From positions 1 through 5,151 of the forward strand of contig NZ_JHXR01000052.1 of the NCBI RefSeq assembly GCF_000621645.1: a DNA stretch of 5,151 nucleotides, given 5' to 3'. Numbering within the stretch: the first letter of the stretch is position 1; every line of letters begins with the position of its first letter. The position numbers and the translations under genes are program-made. Source of the DNA: Vibrio cholerae ATCC 14035. GTDB lineage: Bacteria; Pseudomonadota; Gammaproteobacteria; Enterobacterales; Vibrionaceae. Shown here in pieces: positions 1-5,151 of this stretch. Below the pieces are notes generated by a model. It had not been told where the DNA came from, did not search any database, and saw only the letters and a program-made list of their open reading frames with translations.

Positions 1-1134
1 GACATCTACGCAGCGTGGGATGCAAAACAAGCAGGCGCAAGCAAAGAAGCCGCTTGGAATGAGAAATTCGCCGCTTACGCGAAAGCTTACCCAGCCGAAG
101 CTGCTGAATACAAACGCCGCGTAGCGGGCGAGCTGCCAGCGAATTGGGAAGCCGCAACCAGCGAGATTATCGCTAACCTGCAAGCTAACCCTGCCAACAT
201 CGCATCGCGTAAAGCATCACAAAATGCGCTGGAAGCGTTCGGCAAACTGCTGCCAGAATTTATGGGTGGTTCTGCTGACTTGGCGCCTTCTAACCTCACC
301 ATGTGGTCTGGCTCTAAGTCACTGACAGCAGAAGATGCGTCAGGCAACTACATCCACTACGGTGTGCGTGAGTTTGGTATGACGGCCATCATCAACGGTA
401 TCGCGCTGCACGGCGGTTTTGTCCCTTACGGTGCAACCTTCCTGATGTTTATGGAATACGCGCGTAACGCGATGCGTATGGCAGCACTGATGAAAGTGCA
501 AAATATCCAAGTGTACACGCATGACTCTATCGGTCTGGGTGAAGATGGCCCAACTCACCAACCAGTTGAGCAAATCGCTTCTCTGCGTATGACACCAAAC
601 ATGAGCACATGGCGCCCATGTGACCAAGTGGAATCGGCAGTGGCTTGGAAACTGGCCATCGAGCGTAAAGATGCGCCATCTGCGCTGATTTTCTCGCGTC
701 AAAACCTTGCGCAGCAACCACGCAGCGCAGAGCAAGTCGCGAACATCGCTAAAGGCGGTTACATCCTGAAAGATTGTGCAGGCCAACCTGAGCTAATTCT
801 GATTGCAACAGGCTCTGAAGTGGAACTGGCGGTTGCCGCTTACGAGCAACTGAGCGCCGAAGGCAAAGCGGTTCGCGTGGTCTCTATGCCATCGACCGAC
901 GCATTTGATAAGCAAGATGCCGCTTACCGCGAAGCCGTTCTGCCAGCGGCAGTCACCAAGCGTATCGCGATTGAAGCGGGTATTGCAGACTTCTGGTACA
1001 AGTACGTCGGCTTTGGCGGTCGCATCATCGGTATGACCAGCTTCGGCGAATCAGCACCAGCCGGTGAGCTGTTCAAACTGTTTGGTTTCACGACTGAAAA
1101 CGTAGTGAAACAAGCCAAAGAACTGCTGGCGTAA
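1..1134 (+). CDS. tkt: Transketolase, C-terminal 377 aa (5' end lies upstream of the window)
   Basis: Frame 1 is open from base 1 to TAA at 1132-1134, so the track ORF 262..1134 is only the part after an internal Met. The translation is [31 protein letters not shown]...[14 protein letters not shown]...[20 protein letters not shown]...[14 protein letters not shown]...[11 protein letters not shown]...FGESAP. From memory it is collinear with, and highly similar to, the pyrimidine-binding and C-terminal domains of E. coli TktA. Confidence 0.97.
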   Translation, partial: DIYAAWDAKQAGASKEAAWNEKFAAYAKAYPAEAAEYKRRVAGELPANWEAATSEIIANLQANPANIASRKASQNALEAFGKLLPEFMGGSADLAPSNLTMWSGSKSLTAEDASGNYIHYGVREFGMTAIINGIALHGGFVPYGATFLMFMEYARNAMRMAALMKVQNIQVYTHDSIGLGEDGPTHQPVEQIASLRMTPNMSTWRPCDQVESAVAWKLAIERKDAPSALIFSRQNLAQQPRSAEQVANIAKGGYILKDCAGQPELILIATGSEVELAVAAYEQLSAEGKAVRVVSMPSTDAFDKQDAAYREAVLPAAVTKRIAIEAGIADFWYKYVGFGGRIIGMTSFGESAPAGELFKLFGFTTENVVKQAKELLA

Positions 1135-1174
1135 TTAAAAGCGATTCTTTGTGAAGCAAAGAAAAATCGACGAT

Positions 1175-1206
1175 AAAAAATCCCGCTGCGGCGGGATTTT
1201 TGTTTT
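1175..1206. terminator. Bidirectional Rho-independent terminator shared by convergent tkt and receptor genes
   Basis: The stem is TCCCGC (1181-1186) / GCGGGA (1191-1196) with loop TGCG, extendable through flanking A/T pairs. An A-run (1175-1180) precedes it and TTTTTGTTTT (1197-1206) follows, so each strand reads hairpin plus U-tract. It lies 41 nt after the tkt stop and 26 nt after the receptor stop. Confidence 0.85.
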
Positions 1207-1231
1207 ATGGCACGAGACTTAAACGATTCGA

Positions 1232-3484
1232 TTAGTAAGAGATTTCAAATCCGAGCGTAATGGTTCGCCCCGGATCAGGCATGCTGACCACAGATCCCGG
1301 ACGCACTTGATAACGATCGGTCACGTTGTTGATCGCAAAGAACAGCTGGGTGTTGGCATTCAACTCGTATTGTGAATAGAGATCAATCGTGTAATCGGAC
1401 GGAATTTCAAGGATCGGATTGGCCGCCGTGCCCGCCAACCAATCACTAGGATTTGATTTGCCCGAGTGATAAGAGACTTTCACCCCAGAATCGAGCGTAT
1501 CGTGGAAGAATTTCGTGCCCACATTCAGGTACAAATTCCGTTTTGGCGGAATACGTGTTGGGGTTAATCCCCATGCAAATCCGAGCGAATTACAGGTATC
1601 ACTCTCCGCGTATTGCGCTTGTTGAACGGAACAAATCTTTGTCTCGCTGTACAAGGTCGCAGCAAAGTGGGTGTACAACCAAGCATATTGGTAATGAGCA
1701 CCTAACTCCCAACCAGAGAGTTGCAACTTATCATAATTGGTGAAGGTAAAGTTGGCCTGCCATTCAGACATACCCGGGGTTTTCGCCAATCGTCCACCTG
1801 AAATGAAGTCTTTAATACTGTTGCGAAAATAGGACACCGACAGATTCAAACGATCATTCTGCAGCACACTGTTCGACGCCATAAATTGCACGCCAACCTC
1901 ATTGTTCCACGCTTGTTCCGGTTTGATCGGGTTGTATGGGTTATAGCTGAACACCTCATTTGATAGCGTTGTTTCATACAAGCTCGGCATACGATAAGTG
2001 CGTGAGGATTTCAAAAACAGCTGAGTGCTAGGTGTTAAGGCGTAGGTGAACTCACTGAGCAGATCGAGCTTCTCCTTATAGTCTAACTGCTGCTTGGTTT
2101 GATAATCGGTTGACTTGGCATTGTGCAGATTGAGGCCAAGCTGAACTCTCAACGGCGAGTAATCGATATCCGCATTTGCAAACAGGTTCTGCGCCGTGCG
2201 TTTTCCGTGGCGAGAAGTCACCGTCTTGGTAAAGCGGGTTTGCCCATCTTCTTCGGGAGATAAACGCTCATTCTGCTGAGCCAAACCATAATTCAGCCTG
2301 ACTGGCCACTGAGTCAGTAAGGTTTCATTGGTCAGACTCAAACCAGAGCGATCATTGTGATATGCATGAAAATATTGCTCTGCGTTGGTTCCTAGCGCCC
2401 AAAGCCCATTGTATTGAGCCAGATCAGCCTCGGTGTACCAAAAGTTAGCATTCAAATTGAGCCAAGGATGATCCGGTTGGTAATAGTAATTGGCGCTGTA
2501 GGTATTCACTTTGGCGGTTCCTAGCCCCCACTGCGGCATTCTGTCTTTGCCATCGGGGTATGGGTTCCCTTCCCAATCTTCTGAGGATTTGTACCAATAC
2601 GCCATCAGCACTTCACCCGCTTTTTGCGCATGGTGACGGTAATTAAAATCGGCATTGTGTGCCGTGCCAGTGTCGCTCGCGAGTTTGAACAGCCAAGAGT
2701 CACTCTCAAAACTGGTATTGACGACTTCTTGCCCTTGCCCAACAACAGGCTCTTGATACTCCTCATAACCTTTCTTGCCAGCGAAGTGATTGCCTTTTGA
2801 ACGCTTACTGTACGCCAGTACCGTATTGAACGATTCGGCCTGATAACCCAATCCAAGCATAAGTGAACCGTGTTTAAATGCAGAATGCTCACCTCGCTCA
2901 TCAAGTGCGTATTGGCCTTGTTCCGAATAATCACCCGAAACATCAGGCGTCCGATTGTGGTTATTGGCGCGTGCTTTCAGTACCACACCGAAGGCTTGAT
3001 CATCTTTGATGATGTCTTTGATACCCAAGGTCGTGGCATTCACCACACCGCCCACCGCGCCACTGGCATAAGGTGAACTATCAATGGTCGCCCCTTTATT
3101 GACGGTCAATGAACTGAGCAAATCGGTATCAATATAAGTGCGATCACTCACCCCTTGATAGCCACGAGAGGTATGAGTGGATTGCAAACTCCCATCAATA
3201 AAGATCGGCACACGCCCCTCGCCCTGCACACCACGGATGCCAATATCCAATGCCCCCGCTTCGTTGTGCATGTTATTACTCTGCACACTCGTGATGCCGG
3301 AAAAAATATCCGCGTTGGCAATACCGCGCACTTTATCTAAATCAGAACGAGTACGTTGATCGGAGGGAATCGATTGACCATGAACCGTAACGGTTTCATC
3401 GACGGCTTGCTCGTTATTCTCTTGTGCTTGAACGACACTACTCAAAACGAAAGGAAGAAGAGTGAACAAAGGTTTCAACTGCAT
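1232..3484 (-). CDS. TonB-dependent outer-membrane receptor, iron-regulated (750 aa precursor); possibly the HasR-type haem receptor
   Basis: I chose ATG 3484-3482 (Met35 of the 784-aa track ORF) as the start. AAGGA (3496-3492) sits 7 nt upstream and it opens a classic signal peptide, MQLKPLFTLLPFVLSSVVQA|QENN. A TonB-box-like DETVTVHG follows immediately, then plug-type motifs (DIGIRG, GRVPIFIDG). Motifs YRMPSLYE and NPYNPIKPE are present, and the C-terminus ...TLGFEISY ends in an aromatic residue as in beta-barrel OMPs. A Fur box lies upstream. The HasR suggestion rests only on my recollection that tkt and hasR are neighbours on V. cholerae chromosome II. Confidence 0.92.
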   Translation of the reverse strand: MQLKPLFTLLPFVLSSVVQAQENNEQAVDETVTVHGQSIPSDQRTRSDLDKVRGIANADIFSGITSVQSNNMHNEAGALDIGIRGVQGEGRVPIFIDGSLQSTHTSRGYQGVSDRTYIDTDLLSSLTVNKGATIDSSPYASGAVGGVVNATTLGIKDIIKDDQAFGVVLKARANNHNRTPDVSGDYSEQGQYALDERGEHSAFKHGSLMLGLGYQAESFNTVLAYSKRSKGNHFAGKKGYEEYQEPVVGQGQEVVNTSFESDSWLFKLASDTGTAHNADFNYRHHAQKAGEVLMAYWYKSSEDWEGNPYPDGKDRMPQWGLGTAKVNTYSANYYYQPDHPWLNLNANFWYTEADLAQYNGLWALGTNAEQYFHAYHNDRSGLSLTNETLLTQWPVRLNYGLAQQNERLSPEEDGQTRFTKTVTSRHGKRTAQNLFANADIDYSPLRVQLGLNLHNAKSTDYQTKQQLDYKEKLDLLSEFTYALTPSTQLFLKSSRTYRMPSLYETTLSNEVFSYNPYNPIKPEQAWNNEVGVQFMASNSVLQNDRLNLSVSYFRNSIKDFISGGRLAKTPGMSEWQANFTFTNYDKLQLSGWELGAHYQYAWLYTHFAATLYSETKICSVQQAQYAESDTCNSLGFAWGLTPTRIPPKRNLYLNVGTKFFHDTLDSGVKVSYHSGKSNPSDWLAGTAANPILEIPSDYTIDLYSQYELNANTQLFFAINNVTDRYQVRPGSVVSMPDPGRTITLGFEISY

Positions 3485-3522
3485 AATTTGATCCTTGTCA
3501 AAAATAAAGCACGAATACTGAT

Positions 3523-3545
3523 GCAATTGATAACTATTATCAACA
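3523..3545 (-). promoter_or_regulatory. Fur box overlapping the receptor promoter
   Basis: TGATAACTATTATCA (3528-3542) matches the 7-1-7 Fur consensus TGATAATnATTATCA with a single mismatch. The arms TTGATAA / TTATCAA (3527-3533 / 3537-3543) are exact reverse complements. The site is centred about 51 nt upstream of the chosen ATG, in an AT-rich stretch that includes TTGATA-N17-CAGTAT on the minus strand. A weaker Fur-like half site, AATGAT, is at 3554-3559. Confidence 0.75.
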
Positions 3546-3799
3546 ATTTGTAACAATGATTTTAGTGACCTTGCTCCCACAAACATTCATACGATCAATC
3601 GTTTGCGCACGATTTACTCTGATTGAGCCATTTATCGCCACCGAACAAAAGCAAAATTAGCAATCGATTGCTTAATGAATTCTCCTGATTCAATGCTCAG
3701 ATGGAGCGATCAACTGGCTTTTCTCTCGTGTTAGAGCGACAATCGCGCCATTCGTGAGCCAAGCTCAAATCAAAGCAACACAGAAGTAGAACCACCGCA

Positions 3800-4312
3800 A
3801 TGACCACCTCTTCCACCGTAATTATTGGATTGCACAACCCGAAAAGCCCAACCAATGTCGGCGCAGTAATGCGTGCCGCTGGCTGCTACAACGCCACTCA
3901 AGTGCGTTACAACGGTACGCGTTATGCTCGCGCCGTGAAATTTCAGACCGATACTCAAAATAGCCATGAACGTATTGGATTGGTCGAGATGGATGACCTC
4001 ACCGCGGGATTGGATAGTGAAGTCAAAATCGTCTGTGTCGAGCTGGCGGTAGGTGCAACCGCGCTGCCTCACTTTACCCATCCAGAACAAGCGATTTATC
4101 TGTTTGGCCCCGAAGATGGTTCGCTGCCGCAAGAGGTGGTCGATCAAGCGCATCATGTGGTTTACGTGCCCACCCACGGCTGTATGAACCTCGCCGCCAC
4201 CGTCAATGTTGTGCTGTATGACCGTTTAGCCAAAAGCCTCGGTGAGATCGACGATCAAGCACAAGTAATCGCCAATCGTGATAATAAAAATCGGTTGAAG
4301 GTGAAAAGCTAA
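3800..4312 (+). CDS. SPOUT-superfamily (SpoU/TrmH-type) RNA 2'-O-methyltransferase, 170 aa
   Basis: The three SpoU/TrmH motifs appear in order: NPKSPTNVGAVMRAAG, IYLFGPEDGSLP and VYVPTHGCMNLAATVNVVLYD. The frame is closed by TGA at 3755-3757 and has no alternative start before ATG 3800. The Shine-Dalgarno is weak (GAAG about 14 nt upstream). The RNA target cannot be read from the sequence. Confidence 0.85.
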   Translation: MTTSSTVIIGLHNPKSPTNVGAVMRAAGCYNATQVRYNGTRYARAVKFQTDTQNSHERIGLVEMDDLTAGLDSEVKIVCVELAVGATALPHFTHPEQAIYLFGPEDGSLPQEVVDQAHHVVYVPTHGCMNLAATVNVVLYDRLAKSLGEIDDQAQVIANRDNKNRLKVKS

Positions 4313-4356
4313 ACCGCGTTCACTTTTTACGTTAACGATAGTGAAAATGCTTTATG

Positions 4357-4395
4357 CCCCTCCCCCTTTTAGGGGGAGGACGGGAGGGGGTATTT
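4357..4395 (+). repeat. G/C-rich hairpin element, copy A (REP/BIME-like)
   Basis: CCTCCCCCT (4359-4367) and AGGGGGAGG (4371-4379) form a perfect 9-bp stem with a TTT loop. The tail ACGGGAGGGGGTATTT follows. An alternative pairing exists between CCCCTCCC (4357-4364) and GGGAGGGG (4382-4389). Confidence 0.7.
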
Positions 4396-4444
4396 CACGC
4401 TAGGCTTACTCAACTGTGTGCAAACTTTACATCAGCGATAACTA

Positions 4445-4483
4445 AAATACCCCACCCTAACCCTCCCCTAGAAGGGGAGGGAA
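4445..4483 (-). repeat. G/C-rich hairpin element, copy B, inverted relative to copy A
   Basis: The head AAATACCCCACCCTAA is followed by CCCTCCCCT (4461-4469) and AGGGGAGGG (4473-4481), a perfect 9-bp stem with an AGA loop. The reverse complement of copy A (AAATACCCCCTCCCGTCCTCCCCCTAAAAGGGGGAGGGG) has the same architecture. By hand alignment, ungapped, it is about 70% identical. Confidence 0.7.
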
Positions 4484-4540
4484 CTGGATTTGTGGTCATT
4501 TGGATTTTGTGGCTGAACGTGAATGGATAACGCGTTTATG

Positions 4541-4577
4541 GACAAAACCTAGTTAGATTACTGAGTCTAACTAGGTT
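4541..4577 (-). terminator. Probable Rho-independent terminator of the small minus-strand ORF
   Basis: AACCTAGTTAGA (4546-4557) and TCTAACTAGGTT (4566-4577) form a perfect 12-bp stem with an 8-nt loop. On the minus strand the RNA reads stem then UUUUGUCC. It lies 47 nt downstream of the small-ORF stop. The stem is AT-rich, so its strength is uncertain. Confidence 0.55.
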
Positions 4578-4623
4578 CGTTCAGATGAGAAAAAGTATCT
4601 TACAACCTTAAACGTTTGTATGT

Positions 4624-4794
4624 TTATTCATCACCAGGGGGAGCACTGACATTTGATGGGCTATTGTTACTGTTTTCAGGTGGTTGATAGCCAAACCTCC
4701 CGTTGTCACTAGATGAATCTGATTGCGGTTGATAACCTTTTTCAATTCGTTCAGGTTGATAACCATTATTTTGCTGCTGTTTGCCATCTGACAT
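4624..4794 (-). CDS. Hypothetical small protein, 56 aa, Q/N/S/P/G-rich with three GYQP repeats (absent from the ORF track because it is under 60 aa)
   Basis: My hand translation is MSDGKQQQNNGYQPERIEKGYQPQSDSSSDNGRFGYQPPENSNNSPSNVSAPPGDE followed by a stop. AAGGAG (4806-4801) sits exactly 6 nt upstream of ATG (4794-4792). An in-frame stop at 4839-4837 has no other start after it. A hairpin plus U-tract lies downstream. The protein has no hydrophobic segment or signal peptide and a net charge of about -4. Confidence 0.55.
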   Translation of the reverse strand: MSDGKQQQNNGYQPERIEKGYQPQSDSSSDNGRFGYQPPENSNNSPSNVSAPPGDE

Positions 4795-4847
4795 ATTTAA
4801 CTCCTTTATCCTTTTCGTAACTCTACATGTGAGATTTCACTCGCTAG

Positions 4848-4870
4848 GGAAGCTGCGATTAAGTGGTGAC
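4848..4870. repeat. Terminal inverted repeat of the IS5-like element, flanked by CTAG target
   Basis: GGAAGCTGCGATTAAGTGGTGAC compares with the IS5 terminal repeat as I remember it, GGAAGGTGCGAATAAGCGGGG. About 17 of the first 20 positions match. CTAG lies immediately outside at 4844-4847. Confidence 0.7.
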
Positions 4871-4993
4871 TGAACTGCTCCAAGTCGCACGACAGTGCGA
4901 TCGCTGACTTTTTACTCGTAAAACGAGTGGTATTTTGTCGATTCCGAGCGTTTCAAGCCACTTTCAGCCGTTTTCTCCGGCTATTGGCGGATT

Positions 4994-5151
4994 TCAGGCA
5001 GATCTCGCCTGTCGTCGTATCAGTTGGTCGACTTTGACCAGATTCGCCAAGGTGAATAGCATGGCTAATTGGTTGTCGTTTTTCATCAGGCCTTTGTAGC
5101 GGGCTTTGATAAAACCAAACTGGCATTTAATGATGCGAAACGGGTGCTCGA
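4994..5151 (-). CDS. IS5-family DDE transposase (InsH-like), C-terminal 51 aa only
   Basis: The minus-strand frame starting at 5149 reads [51 protein letters not shown], with a stop (TGA) at 4996-4994. It is very close to the remembered C-terminus of E. coli IS5 InsH, ...[37 protein letters not shown].... Confidence 0.9.
   Translation of the reverse strand, partial: EHPFRIIKCQFGFIKARYKGLMKNDNQLAMLFTLANLVKVDQLIRRQARSA

Larger units (their letters stand above)
4848..5151 (-). mobile_element. IS5-family (IS5 group) insertion sequence, transposase-distal (right) end; continues beyond the window
   Basis: The terminal inverted repeat and transposase C-terminus are described in the two features below. 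The 146-bp untranslated tail between the stop codon and the IR has the same layout as E. coli IS5, from memory. CTAG, the preferred IS5 target, abuts the IR at 4844-4847. Confidence 0.88.

Noticed and set aside
87-1118. Four minus-strand track ORFs inside tkt (87-347, 340-786, 527-721, 924-1118)
   Set aside because: They are entirely antisense to a strongly recognisable transketolase frame. They have no start signals, and their Arg/Ala/Ser-rich composition is typical of shadow ORFs.
1453-3553. Track ORFs overlapping the receptor gene: plus-strand 1453-1743, 2870-3076, 3155-3340, 3177-3359, 3356-3553, and out-of-frame minus-strand 2605-2943
   Set aside because: They are nested in a 750-aa frame with clear TonB-dependent receptor features. 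None has a Shine-Dalgarno or a recognisable motif.
3485-3586. A 34-codon N-terminal extension of the receptor ORF (MFVGARSLKSLLQIV...)
   Set aside because: The extension would bury the signal peptide and translate through the Fur box and promoter, and ATG 3586 has no ribosome-binding site. The internal ATG at 3484 has AAGGA upstream and starts the signal peptide.
3770-4177. A 135-aa minus-strand ORF
   Set aside because: It is antisense to the SPOUT methyltransferase frame, which has all three family motifs. It has no motif or start signal of its own.
4347-4403. An 18-codon plus-strand ORF (MLYAPPPFRGRTGGGISR) running through hairpin copy A
   Set aside because: It has no ribosome-binding site, and its sequence is dictated by the G/C-rich palindrome. 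Other tiny ORFs in the 4313-4620 and 3587-3799 regions, such as the 19-codon ORF at 3675, equally lack signals.
4357-4483. The possibility that the two G/C-rich repeats form a CRISPR array or an integron attC/VCR site
   Set aside because: There are only two copies, and they are inverted rather than direct, with no regular spacer array. They do not resemble the ~120-bp V. cholerae repeat and lack correctly ordered RYYYAAC...GTTRRRY core sites.
4546-4577. The stem-loop contains GTTAGAT and GTCTAAC, which match the integron core and inverse-core patterns
   Set aside because: The order is reversed relative to a real attC, where the inverse core comes first. The structure is only 32 bp, and the matches are a by-product of the palindrome. 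Its position and U-tract fit a terminator.
4682-4764. Three copies of GGTTGATA(A/G)CC (plus strand) share TTGATAAC with the Fur box and could be iterons or Fur half-sites
   Set aside because: The 45-bp and 27-bp spacing is not helically phased and no full dyad is present. The repeat is fully explained as the codons for the G-Y-Q-P protein repeat.
4828-4840. TGTGAGATTTCAC, a CRP-like motif upstream of the small ORF
   Set aside because: The arms TGTGA/TCAC are separated by 4 nt, not the 6 nt required by the CRP consensus TGTGA-N6-TCACA.

Overview
The window looks like a Vibrio (V. cholerae-like) chromosomal segment, judged from protein similarity and roughly 47-53% GC coding sequence; I cannot run a search to confirm this. 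Bases 1-4312 are ordinary core genome. They hold the 3' 1.1 kb of transketolase (+), a shared bidirectional terminator, and a convergent 750-aa TonB-dependent outer-membrane receptor (-) with a near-consensus Fur box over its promoter. From memory, the tkt-adjacent position matches the V. cholerae chromosome II HasR haem-receptor locus, but this is unverified. A divergent 170-aa SPOUT/TrmH-family RNA methyltransferase (+) follows. After 4313 the character changes to AT-richer, repeat-dense sequence. It contains two inverted copies of a G/C-rich hairpin element, a 16-bp-period direct repeat, and a 56-aa ORF below the ORF-track cut-off. That ORF (4624-4794, -) has a canonical Shine-Dalgarno, its own terminator and three GYQP repeats. 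An IS5-group insertion sequence then enters at a CTAG target about 50 bp upstream of the small ORF and runs off the window. I see no multi-gene novel system that I can support. The most unexplained material is the small repeat protein, its IS junction and the paired hairpin elements. All other track ORFs are antisense or out-of-frame shadows of the three real genes.
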